A DNA stretch of 41,696 nucleotides, from assembly GCA_030037695.1 (NCBI GenBank), contig JASHQF010000040.1, forward strand, positions 1 to 41,696. Direction: 5' to 3'. Within the stretch, counting starts at the first letter, position 1; every line of letters starts with the position of its first letter. Below the pieces are notes generated by a model, which worked only from the letters and a program-made list of their open reading frames with translations, searched no databases and was not told the DNA's origin. The DNA is from Thermoplasmata archaeon (GTDB lineage: Archaea; Thermoplasmatota; Thermoplasmata; Lutacidiplasmatales; UBA184). Of this stretch, positions 9,870-18,660 are shown in pieces. The position numbers and the translations under genes were made by a program.

Positions 9870-9995
9870 CGTCCGGGCGCGGCACGACGGGCGGCCGCTC
9901 TGAGCGCCCGGCCGGAACGCCCTGTCCCGGCGTGTTTCAACCGCCCCCGCGCCGCCGCTTTTGCGTTTCCCGGGGCGTTGCGCCCCGCACCGTCG

Positions 9996-10859
9996 ATGGT
10001 CGAGCCGTTCCTGGCCGAGCCGGAGCTTCCCCCGGAGGAGGTCCTCCTCCCGCCCGAGGAGGTCGCCGCGGCGTCGCCGCCCCCTTTCCTCGCCCGGTCG
10101 CGGCTCTTCCCCCGGCCCCGTCCGGGACCCGCCGTCGCCCCCGTCCTCCCGGCCGCCCCGGCGCTGTTCCCCTGGCTCGCCCGGAGCCTCACCCCCGGCG
10201 AGGTGACGCTCTGGTGCGGCCCCCGCCTCGCGGTCGATCCGATCCTCGAGACGCTCTACGCCGGGAGCGCCCTCGCCCGGGGCCGGGTCTCCCTCCTCGA
10301 GGGCGGGAACCGGTTCCATCCGTACCGGATCGGCGAGCGCGGACGGGCGCTCGGGGTCGCCGCCGGCGAGACGCTCCGGAGGGTCCGGCTCGCCCGCGGG
10401 TTCACCTCCCACCAGGTCGTGGCGCTCGTCGAGGGGTGGGCCCGCGAGGTCCGTCGTCACCGCCCGACCCTGCTCGTCGGCCACGACCTCCCGGCCCTGT
10501 TCTGGGACGGGGAGACCCCGGACGACGAGCGGGACGCCCTGCTCCGGCGGAGCGCCCGCGCCCTCGCCGCCCTCCTGCGGGAGCTCCCGCTCCCGCTCGT
10601 CCTCACGCTCGGACCGGAGGGGACGGCGAGCTTTCCCGGGCTCGCCGACGAGGGGCCCCGCTGGTCGGACTACGTCGCGTTCGTCCGCGGGCCGACGACG
10701 CTCCGCCTCCGCGCGCTGCGGCGCGACGCCCGCCTCACGCTCGTCGCCCGTGCGCCGGGCCAGCTCGGGATGGAGGCGTTCGACGGCGGGTCCGCCGGGG
10801 AGGTGATCGCGTGGGACGCACCGCCCCGACGTACCGTCAGGCGCTCGAGGAGCGGATGA
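9996..10859 (+). CDS. inactivated RecA/RadA-fold protein (ImuA-like), PolB2-associated
   Basis: PGEVTLWCGP (Walker A position without GKT), LEGGNRFHPY and LRRVRLARGFTSHQ (RadA-like segment); sits upstream of polB2. Confidence 0.75.
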   Translation: MVEPFLAEPELPPEEVLLPPEEVAAASPPPFLARSRLFPRPRPGPAVAPVLPAAPALFPWLARSLTPGEVTLWCGPRLAVDPILETLYAGSALARGRVSLLEGGNRFHPYRIGERGRALGVAAGETLRRVRLARGFTSHQVVALVEGWAREVRRHRPTLLVGHDLPALFWDGETPDDERDALLRRSARALAALLRELPLPLVLTLGPEGTASFPGLADEGPRWSDYVAFVRGPTTLRLRALRRDARLTLVARAPGQLGMEAFDGGSAGEVIAWDAPPRRTVRRSRSG

Positions 10860-11065
10860 AACGCTGGGACGCGTTCGCCCGCCTGCTCCCGACGCCCGAG
10901 GAGCGGGCCGCGTTCGAGCTCCTGCGCACCGGGGCGCGGCGCTACGTCGCCCAGGCGACGTACGTCGGGAGCCCGGACCTCCTCGAGTCGATCGTCCTCT
11001 CCGTCCTCACCGATCTCGCGGTCCGGCTCCGCGCGGACGGGAACGCCCGGCCGACCTCCCGGTGA
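10811..11065 (+). CDS. small alpha-helical PolB2 partner protein (arCOG07300-like), 84 aa
   Basis: MGRTAPTYRQALEERMKRWDAFARLL...LESIVLSVL; GGAGGTGA RBS then GTG at 10811; the stop overlaps the polB2 start (GTGA). Confidence 0.8.
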   Translation: MGRTAPTYRQALEERMKRWDAFARLLPTPEERAAFELLRTGARRYVAQATYVGSPDLLESIVLSVLTDLAVRLRADGNARPTSR

Positions 11066-13386
11066 GCCCCGCGGCGGACGGCCTCGCGCCCGACGGCTGG
11101 CTCCTCGAGATCACGGAGAGCGGCGACGGCCGTTCGGTCGTTCTCTGGACGAAGGAGCGTCGCTCGGGCCGGGTCCACCGCGCCGCGGTCCCGTACCGGC
11201 CCCCGTTCCTGGTCGCCGGGGCGCGGGCCGATCTCGCCGACCTCGCGCGTCGCCTCACCGGGCGGGCCGACGTCGCGTCGACCGAGCCGGTCGTGCGGCG
11301 GCCGTCGCCGTTCGATCGTCGGGCGCGCACGATGCTCGCCGTCACCCCCGCGCACCACCGGCTCCGTCGCCGCCTCGCCGGGACGATCGACGCGCTCGGC
11401 GGGTACGAACGGTTCGCGCTCTTCGACGTCGACCTCGCGGTCCCCCAGCTGTACCATCTCCACCACGGCCTCTACCCGTTCGCGCCGGTCGTCGCCCGCG
11501 ACGGCGGGCTCGTCGCGACGGAACCGGTCGCCACGATCGACTACGCCCCGCCCCCCCTCGTCGTCGCCCGCCTCGAGGTCCGTCTCACCGGGATGCGCCC
11601 GGGCGGGCTTCCCCCGCCGGACGGCCGGATCGGGTCGGTGCGGCTCGGCGGGGTGACGCTCGAGGGCCCCGAGGACGACCTCCTCCGCGCGCTCGCGGGG
11701 GAGCTCGCGCGGAGCGACCCGGACCTCCTGCTCACGGACGGCGGGGACGCGTTCGACCTCCCCTGGCTCTACCGGAGGGCGAGGGCGGTCGGCCTCGCTC
11801 CCGAGGAGTTCGTCCTGGGCCGGGAGCCGGCCCCGTTCGGCCCGAGCCGGCCGGCCCGCTCGTTCGCGTCGTACGGCCGGGTCCTCCACCGGGACGCGAC
11901 GTTCCCGCTGCCCGGCCGGTTCCACGTCGACCGGGAGAACTCGTTCCTCTTCGACGACGCGGCGGTCGCGGGGCTCGTCGACGCGGCCCGCCTCGCGCGC
12001 CTGTCCCTGCAGACGGTCGTCCGGCAGTCCCCGGGGACGTGCTTCACCGCGATGGAGATGGCCGAGGCGCTCGCGAGCGGCGTCCACGTGCCGTGGAAGA
12101 AGAACCGCCCCGAGACGTTCCGACGGGGGGACCACCTCGTGCGCTCCGACCGCGGCGGGGTGATCTTCCTCCCCCCGGTCGGCGTCCACGACCGGATCGA
12201 CGAGTTCGACTTCGCCAACCTCTACCCGCACCTCATGGTGCGGCGGAACCTCTCCGCCGAGACCCTGGACTGCCGGTGCTGCCCCGCGAGCCCGCTCCGG
12301 GCCCCCGGCCTCGGCTACCGGTCCTGCGAGCGGACGGTCGGCCTGATCCCGCGGACCCTCGGCCCCCTCCTCGCGCGCCGGCTCGCCTACAAGGCCCGGC
12401 TCCGCCGGCCCGGGCTCGCCCCCGACGTCCGCGCGAGCCTCGAGCACCGCGTCCGGATGCTGAAGTGGATCCTCGTCACCGCGTTCGGCTACCAGGGGTA
12501 CCGGAACGCCCGGTTCGGCCGGATCGAGTGCCACGAGGCGATCAACGCCTACGCCCGCGAGCTGCTCGCGACGCTCGTCGCCGAGGCAGAGCGCGCGGGG
12601 TACCGGACCGTCCACGGGATCGTCGACTCGCTCTGGCTCCGCCCGAGCCCGCCGGACGGGACGGTCGACCCCGAGGGGTTCGCCCGGGCGATGAGCGAGC
12701 GTCTGGACGTCCCGCTCGGCTACGAGGGTCGGTACCGCTGGATCGTCTTTTTGCCGGCCGTGACGCACGGCCTCGGGGTGCCGAACCGGTACTACGGGCT
12801 GTACGCGTCGGGGGCGTTCAAGCTCCGGGGGATCGGGGGCCGCCGCCACGACACCCCCGGGGTCCTCCGCCGCCTGGAGGCGGAGGTCCTCGAGCTGTTC
12901 CGCCGGGCGGACGGCGCCGCGGGGGTCCGCGCCCTCCTCCCCCGGGCGCTCGCGCGGACGGACCTCGTCGCCGCCCGGCTCCGGGAGGGGGGATGGCCGC
13001 TCGAGGAGCTCGTGATCGCCCACCGGATCGGCCAGCCCCCCGGGGCGTTCGTCACGTTCACCGACTCGCTCGCGGCCGTCCGCCAGCTCGCCGAGGCCGG
13101 CGTGGCGCGAGGGGCGGGAGAGACGGTCCGCTACGTCCTCCTCGACCGCGCGAGCCGCTCGTTCCGCCACCGGGTGCGGCCGGCGGAGCTGCTCCGAGGG
13201 GACGAGCGGTACGATCCCGGAGCGTACCTCGAGCTCCTCGCCCGGGAGGCGGAGACGCTCCTCGCCCCGTTCGGGGTCGAGCGGGCCGCCCTCCTCGCGC
13301 GGTGGGGCGCCCCGGCGCGGGCGGAGCGGGACCCCTACCGCTCGCCGGAGCGGACCGAGCAGCGCCCGCTCCCGGCCAACTTTTAG
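11062..13386 (+). CDS. polB2: family B DNA polymerase, PolB2/Dpo2 subgroup
   Basis: Motif A FDFANLYP, motif B LKWILVTAFGYQG and motif C HGIVDSLW in place of YGDTDS, the substitutions typical of PolB2; degenerate exonuclease domain (GDAFDLPWL). Confidence 0.9.
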   Translation: MSPAADGLAPDGWLLEITESGDGRSVVLWTKERRSGRVHRAAVPYRPPFLVAGARADLADLARRLTGRADVASTEPVVRRPSPFDRRARTMLAVTPAHHRLRRRLAGTIDALGGYERFALFDVDLAVPQLYHLHHGLYPFAPVVARDGGLVATEPVATIDYAPPPLVVARLEVRLTGMRPGGLPPPDGRIGSVRLGGVTLEGPEDDLLRALAGELARSDPDLLLTDGGDAFDLPWLYRRARAVGLAPEEFVLGREPAPFGPSRPARSFASYGRVLHRDATFPLPGRFHVDRENSFLFDDAAVAGLVDAARLARLSLQTVVRQSPGTCFTAMEMAEALASGVHVPWKKNRPETFRRGDHLVRSDRGGVIFLPPVGVHDRIDEFDFANLYPHLMVRRNLSAETLDCRCCPASPLRAPGLGYRSCERTVGLIPRTLGPLLARRLAYKARLRRPGLAPDVRASLEHRVRMLKWILVTAFGYQGYRNARFGRIECHEAINAYARELLATLVAEAERAGYRTVHGIVDSLWLRPSPPDGTVDPEGFARAMSERLDVPLGYEGRYRWIVFLPAVTHGLGVPNRYYGLYASGAFKLRGIGGRRHDTPGVLRRLEAEVLELFRRADGAAGVRALLPRALARTDLVAARLREGGWPLEELVIAHRIGQPPGAFVTFTDSLAAVRQLAEAGVARGAGETVRYVLLDRASRSFRHRVRPAELLRGDERYDPGAYLELLAREAETLLAPFGVERAALLARWGAPARAERDPYRSPERTEQRPLPANF

Positions 13387-13408
13387 CGGACCGGCCCGTG
13401 GGCACCGG

Positions 13409-14383
13409 GTGTCGGGGACCGCCGGGCGCCCGGGCGACGCCGTCGGGGCGGTGCGAGAGCTCCGGGCCCGGGACGTCGCGCGCCTGGTCGAGCTCCTCCG
13501 GAGCGCGTCTCCCGAGGAGGAGGAGCTCCTCGGCACGCGCCCGGAGGAGATCGCGGCGATCGCCCGCCGACTGTTCCGCTGGGACGCCCGCCTCCTGCTC
13601 GGGCTGCTGCGCCTGGTGGGAGCCTCGCCGGCGCGGTTCCTCGTCGTCGAGGCCGATCGACGCCTGGTCGGCACCGCGCTCCTCAGTTTCCCGGCCCGGG
13701 CCGGGTTCGTGAGCATGGTGACGGTCGATCCGGCGTACCGCCGACGCGGCTACGCGCGCCGCCTCTTGGCGGCCGCCCGGGCGCTCACGCTCCGTCGCGG
13801 CCGCCCGCACCTCGCCCTCGACGTCCTCGCCACCAACGCCCCCGCCCGGGCTCTCTACACGTCGCTCGGATTCCGCCCCCTCCGCGCCTCGGCCTACTTC
13901 GCCCTCGACCTCGGGGCGGCGCCGCCCTCCCGGCGGAGCGACGGCGCCGTCCGCCCGCTGACGACCCAGGACGCCCCGGCGATCGCCCGGATCGCCGACC
14001 GCGCCCTCCCCTCGGAGGTGCGCGAGGTCCTGCCGATCCGGGCGGGGGATCTGCTCGGGAGCCGTTGGACGGACCGCGCGCTCGCGTCCGAGTCGGCCGG
14101 GTGGGTTTACGACCGAGGGCGCGGACCCGAGGCGGCGGTCGGGGCGACCGTCGGCCGGGCCACCGTCGCGGGCCACCTCTCGACGCCGATCGTCGGGTCG
14201 GAGCTCCCCGCCGAGGCGACGGCCGAGCTCCTCGGCGAGGCGCTCGCCTGGCTCGCCTCGCACGGTGCTCCCCGGGTCCTCTCCCGTGCGGCCGACGACG
14301 ACCGGAACGCCGTGGAGGCGCTGGGAGCGGCTGGGTTTCGGCCGGCGCTGCGCCTCGTCACGCTCGCGCGGCCGGCGGCGTGA
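13409..14383 (+). CDS. GNAT N-acetyltransferase, probably with tandem GNAT domains
   Basis: VTVDPAYRRRGYARRLL (acetyl-CoA motif A), NAPARALYTSLGF, and a second degenerate repeat ending ALGAAGF. Confidence 0.88.
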   Translation: MSGTAGRPGDAVGAVRELRARDVARLVELLRSASPEEEELLGTRPEEIAAIARRLFRWDARLLLGLLRLVGASPARFLVVEADRRLVGTALLSFPARAGFVSMVTVDPAYRRRGYARRLLAAARALTLRRGRPHLALDVLATNAPARALYTSLGFRPLRASAYFALDLGAAPPSRRSDGAVRPLTTQDAPAIARIADRALPSEVREVLPIRAGDLLGSRWTDRALASESAGWVYDRGRGPEAAVGATVGRATVAGHLSTPIVGSELPAEATAELLGEALAWLASHGAPRVLSRAADDDRNAVEALGAAGFRPALRLVTLARPAA

Positions 14384-15666
14384 GCTTCCCGACGATGCGT
14401 CGGACCGACGTCGACGTCTACCTCTTGCCTACCGTGCTCGGGGGCGGGATCGGCGACGTCGAGCAGGTCCTCGCGGCCGGTCGTCGCCTCGCGCGGGCCG
14501 GCCTTCGGGTGCAGCTCTACCGCAAGGACGGCCGGGCCCTCCCGCCTGGGGTCGCCGGGCCCTGGGGATGGCCTCCGACCGATCGGCTCGACCGTCTCGA
14601 ACCCAGCGATCGGGCGGCGATGACGATCGGCTCGTCGTGGGGCGTGACCTCCGTGCCCGTCTCCCCCGGCACGGCCCGACGGCCGGGGCCGTGGAGCGAG
14701 GAGGTCGCCGCGATCGAGCGGGCCCACGGCCCGGACCGCACCCTGCACGTGAGCCTCGAGGAGTTCGCGAGGACGCTGACCCCGCGCCAGGAGACGATCG
14801 AACGGTATCGCGAGGGAGGGATCCGCTCCCGTGAGCTTCCCCAGCGGCTGGCCGCCGCGCGGGACGCCGGCGAGCTCGGGGCGTTCGAGGCGGCGTACCG
14901 GGATGCCCGAGCGCTCGACCGACCGAACGTCATAGCACTGTATACCACGTTCCGGCGGAGCGCCACGTTCGCGCGGGCGTTCCCCGAGGCGGTCCAGGCC
15001 GGGCCGATCTGGCCCGCGAGCTACGGCGGACGGCGCTCCCTGCGGAGGCACTCGGGGTCGTGGGTGTGGTACGCGAGCCCGGCGAGCGCGGAGCGGATCT
15101 TCCCGTCGGTCGTCGAGGGGTTGTCCCGCGCGGCCGACCGCCCCCGCCTGTTGGTGCGGGCGGGGAGGCCCTGGTCCGCACGGGCGCTCCCTCCCGGGAT
15201 CACCGTGCGGACGCGCCCGCTGGGCCGAGCGGGCTGGCAACGGCGGTTCTCGGACGCCGACGTGCGGATCGTGACGGGGAGCCGCTCGCTGCTCGAGGCG
15301 CTCGAGGTCGGGGGCCCGTTCCTCTACTTCAACGGCGTCCTGGGGCGGGGCGCGGGCCGCCGACGCCACCGTCCCGAGAAGATCGCCTTACTGCTGGCCG
15401 AGGCGCGTCGCCAGGGCTGGGGGGTCTCGCTGCGGCGCGACCTCGCCGACTTCGCCCGGGGTCGGCGGGTGGCCGAGATCGTCCGCCGGGCGGCCGAGCG
15501 TCGTAGGCCGTGGGGCGCGCCGTTCCCGCCCCTGGTCCCGAAGGGGTTCCGGCCGCCGTTCGACGACGCGGGCCGGGTCCTGGTCGACCTGATTCGGGCG
15601 CTCGCGGCCCCCGGGGCACGGGCCGCGGCGGTCGCCTCCGAGCTCCGACGACGGTCGAACCGTTAA
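14380..15666 (+). CDS. GT-B fold glycosyltransferase-like protein (EarP-like)
   Basis: N-terminal VLGGGIGD followed by RRLARAGLRVQLY; C-domain ADVRIVTGSRSLLEALEVGGPFLY. GTG overlaps the GNAT stop (alternative ATG at 14395). Confidence 0.6.
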   Translation: MSFPTMRRTDVDVYLLPTVLGGGIGDVEQVLAAGRRLARAGLRVQLYRKDGRALPPGVAGPWGWPPTDRLDRLEPSDRAAMTIGSSWGVTSVPVSPGTARRPGPWSEEVAAIERAHGPDRTLHVSLEEFARTLTPRQETIERYREGGIRSRELPQRLAAARDAGELGAFEAAYRDARALDRPNVIALYTTFRRSATFARAFPEAVQAGPIWPASYGGRRSLRRHSGSWVWYASPASAERIFPSVVEGLSRAADRPRLLVRAGRPWSARALPPGITVRTRPLGRAGWQRRFSDADVRIVTGSRSLLEALEVGGPFLYFNGVLGRGAGRRRHRPEKIALLLAEARRQGWGVSLRRDLADFARGRRVAEIVRRAAERRRPWGAPFPPLVPKGFRPPFDDAGRVLVDLIRALAAPGARAAAVASELRRRSNR

Positions 15667-15667
15667 G
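15657..15667 (+). promoter_or_regulatory. BRE-TATA promoter GAACCGTTAAG
   Basis: 25 nt upstream of ATG 15693; the identical 11-mer precedes Lsm and rps15. Confidence 0.65.
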
Positions 15668-15692
15668 CGAGCGAGCCGTCTCGAACCCCACC

Positions 15693-16802
15693 ATGGCCGC
15701 GGAACCGGGGGCCACGTCGGCGGTCGCCCGTTCGCTCGTCGGGAACGCCCTGCGCCTGCGACGCGGGGAGCATCTCGTCGTCGCGTCGTGGAACCACACG
15801 CTCCCCTGGGCCGCCGCGGCCGTGGCGGAGGCTCGTCGGATCGGGGCGGCCCCCTCGCTGCTGCTGGAGGACGAGGGAGCGTTCTGGCGGAGCATCGAGC
15901 TCGCGCCCCGGACGCGCCGCTGGGCCGAGCTCCCCCGCACGTCGCACGCCGCCCTGCGCCGGGCCGACGCCGTCCTCTACTTTCCCGGACCGGCGGACCG
16001 TCCCCGCCTGCGACGGTTGCCGACCGACGTCCGCGCCCCGTTCCGGGACGAGGATGATCGGTGGCTCCGGAGGATCCGGACGGCGGGAGCGCGGGGAATC
16101 CGGTGCCTGCTCGGGTACGCCTCCGATGCGCAGGCGGAGGTCTGGGGTGTTCCGGGCCCGCTCTGGAGGAACCAGCTGATCCGGGGGATCGTGCGCGCGG
16201 AGCCGGACCAGGTCGCTCGCGACGCCCTCCGCGTCGCGCGGCAGTTGGGCCGGGGACGCGAGCTCCGGGTGACGAGCGACCAAGGGACCGATCTGCGGCT
16301 GCGGCTCCGGGGGCGCACGCCGTGGATCGACGACGGCCGGGTCGATGCGGACGACCTCCGTCGCGGCCGGGCGGTCGCCACGGCGCCGGCCGGGTCGGTC
16401 GTGGTCGCGGTCGACGAACGATCGGCCAGCGGGGTCGCGATCGCGAGCCGACCGAGCTACCTCGCGGAGGGGCGGACCGAAGGGGCGCAGTGGGAGATCG
16501 AGGGGGGCCGGCTTCGCAACTACTGGTACCCGGAGGGCGGCGAGGCGTTCGACGCGGGGTTCGCGAAGGCGCCTGCCGGGCGGGAGACGGTCGCCCTCGT
16601 CAGCCTCGGGCTCAACCCGGCGCTCTCCGCCGGGGTCCCCCAAGCCGAGGACGAGGAGGAGGGCACGGTGACGATCGCGATCGGCGGCAACACGTTCTAC
16701 GGGGGGCGCAACCGCTGCGCTTTCCTCTCGTGGCTCACGATCGGGCAGGGGTCCGTGGCGGTCGACGGGGCGCCCCTCTACGATCGAGGGAAGCTCGTCT
16801 AG
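15693..16802 (+). CDS. M29 (aminopeptidase T/AmpS-like) family homolog, probably catalytically inactive
   Basis: ALRLRRGEHLVV, LRVTSDQGTDLRL, PAG, SLGLNP and EGTVTIAIGGN..YGG.N follow the M29 pattern, but the metal ligands appear substituted. Confidence 0.8.
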   Translation: MAAEPGATSAVARSLVGNALRLRRGEHLVVASWNHTLPWAAAAVAEARRIGAAPSLLLEDEGAFWRSIELAPRTRRWAELPRTSHAALRRADAVLYFPGPADRPRLRRLPTDVRAPFRDEDDRWLRRIRTAGARGIRCLLGYASDAQAEVWGVPGPLWRNQLIRGIVRAEPDQVARDALRVARQLGRGRELRVTSDQGTDLRLRLRGRTPWIDDGRVDADDLRRGRAVATAPAGSVVVAVDERSASGVAIASRPSYLAEGRTEGAQWEIEGGRLRNYWYPEGGEAFDAGFAKAPAGRETVALVSLGLNPALSAGVPQAEDEEEGTVTIAIGGNTFYGGRNRCAFLSWLTIGQGSVAVDGAPLYDRGKLV

Positions 16803-16806
16803 GGCC

Positions 16807-17364
16807 GTGCTCGAGCGCCGGATCGGCCGCCCGTTCTTCGATCGACCGACGGCGGCCGTCGCCCGGGAGCTCCTCGGCACCCGACTCGAGGTGCACGGGA
16901 CCGGGGCGACCCGGCGCGCCCGGATCGTGGAGACCGAGGCGTACGTCGCGCGGGACCCCGCGAACCATGCCTGGGGCGGTGCGACCCGGAGGAACCTCGC
17001 GATGTTCGGCGCGCCCGGGACCCTCTACGTCTACCGGATCCATCAGGTCGTCTGCGCGAACCTCGTCACGCGACCCGGGCAGGCGGTCCTGCTGCGGGCC
17101 GCCGCACCGCTCCCTCCCCTCGTCGTGGAGCTCTCGGGGCCGGGGCGGCTCTGCCGGGGGCTCGGGATCACGATCGCGGACAACGGCCAGGACGCGGCGG
17201 CCGGCCCCCGGTTCTCGCTCCTCCCCCGGGCCGGGTCCGTGGGACCGATCGTCGTGGGCCCGCGGGTGGGGGTCCGCCAGGCCACGGCTCGCCCGCTCCG
17301 TTTCGCGCTGGCGGGCGAGCCCGCCGTCTCGCGGCCCCGGCCCGGTGGCCGCTCGGGCGGCTAG
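16807..17364 (+). CDS. mpg: 3-methyladenine DNA glycosylase (MPG/AAG family)
   Basis: FFDRPTAAVARELLG, RIVETEAY, MFGAPGTLYVY, AVLLRA, GPGRLC and GPRVGV motifs. Confidence 0.95.
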   Translation: MLERRIGRPFFDRPTAAVARELLGTRLEVHGTGATRRARIVETEAYVARDPANHAWGGATRRNLAMFGAPGTLYVYRIHQVVCANLVTRPGQAVLLRAAAPLPPLVVELSGPGRLCRGLGITIADNGQDAAAGPRFSLLPRAGSVGPIVVGPRVGVRQATARPLRFALAGEPAVSRPRPGGRSGG

Positions 17365-17522
17365 CGCAGCTTCGCCCAGTCGTACCCGCGGCGTCGCGCC
17401 GTGGCCCCGAAGCCGCACGAGGCGCAGACACCCTTCTGCCGATGGAACGCGTGGCGCCCGCACCGACGGCAGATCACGTGCACGATCTTGCCGCCGCGCC
17501 GAGCCGGAGTCCCCTTGCCCAC
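17361..17522 (-). CDS. rpl37e: 50S ribosomal protein L37e (not in ORF track)
   Basis: Manual translation MGKGTPARRGGKIVHVICRRCGRHAFHRQKGVCASCGFGATARRRGYDWAKLR*; canonical archaeal Lsm-rpl37e pair. Confidence 0.96.
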   Translation of the reverse strand: MGKGTPARRGGKIVHVICRRCGRHAFHRQKGVCASCGFGATARRRGYDWAKLR

Positions 17523-17531
17523 GGTCGCCCC

Positions 17532-17744
17532 CTACGGCGAGACGAAGACGACGGAATCGCCGCGCACGAGGGTGAGCCCCGGCCGGGGGGTCACCGTCTC
17601 GTTGACGACCTCCTCGGCGGAGGAGAGGACGAGGTTGAGGTGCTGGTCGAACGCATCCAGGAGGCCCCGGAACGAGCGGCCCCCCCGAAGCTCCACGAGG
17701 ACCCGCTTGTGGAGCGACTGCTGGAGGGCGTCGAGCGGCTTCAT
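17532..17744 (-). CDS. Sm-like archaeal protein (Lsm/SmAP1)
   Basis: Sm1 (GLLDAFDQHLNLVL) and Sm2 (LVRGDSVVFVSP) motifs; upstream of rpl37e. Confidence 0.96.
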   Translation of the reverse strand: MKPLDALQQSLHKRVLVELRGGRSFRGLLDAFDQHLNLVLSSAEEVVNETVTPRPGLTLVRGDSVVFVSP

Positions 17745-17774
17745 CGAGGGGAGGGGCCGAGACCGGGTCCGCTT

Positions 17775-17785
17775 CTTAACGGTTC
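17775..17785 (-). promoter_or_regulatory. BRE-TATA promoter GAACCGTTAAG of Lsm-rpl37e
   Basis: Reverse complement of cttaacggttc, 30 nt upstream of the Lsm ATG. Confidence 0.65.
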
Positions 17786-18564
17786 CGAGAACGCCGGCGG
17801 GGGTGCGACCGGCGGGCGTCCCGGCGCGTCGCCCCTCGCGCGGACGGCCCGAGATCGAGGAGGTCGGCGAGCAGCGAACGCGATCGCGCCGGCGCGGGCG
17901 CGCCTACGCACCGGGAGCCCGCGATGCGCGCGATCGTCGCGAGGACCCGCGCCAGGGGCCGGTCGCTGCGGACCTCGCGGTACCGGGGTCCGAGCCGTCG
18001 GCGAACGGCGGTCCGGTAGAATCGTCCTTCGAGGGCTCCGACCGCCGCATGCTGGCCCCGCAAGGACGGAGGGTGCCGCTCGGGGTCCCGGCTCGCGCGT
18101 GCCCGACGGCGACCGGGCGGGCAGACGAGGTAGATCACGAGGTCCGGCACGCCCCACCGTCCGGCGCGTCGCAACCGTTCCGTCTCACGGACGAGCGTCC
18201 GCAACGCCCGGGCCGGCGCGGCCCCGAGCGCGACGAGCCCCCGCGTGTAGGTGAGCGGTCCGAGGAAGCCGGTGTCGGCGAGCACGGTCCTCCCCCGGGC
18301 CGCGAGCGAGCGGGCCTGGCGCCAGCGGCGGGACTCCTCCGCGAGGAGCGCGCGCTCGGTCGCGAGGAGCTCGGCCTCGGTGGGGACGAACAGGCTCGGT
18401 CGAGGTTCGAGCCGATCGTACGCTTCGGCGAGCGGTACCCACCCGGCCGCGCGCGCGAGCGCGGCCGTGGTCGTGCTCTTCCCCGCGCCCGACGCCCCCT
18501 CGAGCGCGACGATCCGGCCCGGCCGACGGCGGCGTCGGGTCGAGGCGGAACGAGCGGCGGGCAC
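17776..18564 (-). CDS. P-loop (deoxy)nucleoside/nucleotide kinase-like protein
   Basis: IVALEGASGAGKSTT Walker A, VLADTG and PDLVIYL (dNK/TMK-like). Confidence 0.75.
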   Translation of the reverse strand: MPAARSASTRRRRRPGRIVALEGASGAGKSTTTAALARAAGWVPLAEAYDRLEPRPSLFVPTEAELLATERALLAEESRRWRQARSLAARGRTVLADTGFLGPLTYTRGLVALGAAPARALRTLVRETERLRRAGRWGVPDLVIYLVCPPGRRRARASRDPERHPPSLRGQHAAVGALEGRFYRTAVRRRLGPRYREVRSDRPLARVLATIARIAGSRCVGAPAPARSRSLLADLLDLGPSARGATRRDARRSHPRRRSRNR

Positions 18565-18660
18565 GGGGCCGGCGGACGGGAGCGCGAGGGATTACGCTCG
18601 CGGCCCAGCCCCCGGCCGGCCCCCGGGCGAGGTTTTGGGGAACGCCCCCCTCGACGGTGC

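Noticed and set aside
8202..10484. Apparent giant fusions or N-terminal extensions (8202-10484, 9146-11065, 17401-19998, 20092-24024, 37010-39667)
   Set aside because: Only the 3' parts look protein-like. The real starts are downstream with RBS, TATA or stop-start overlap support, and the extensions overlap other real genes.
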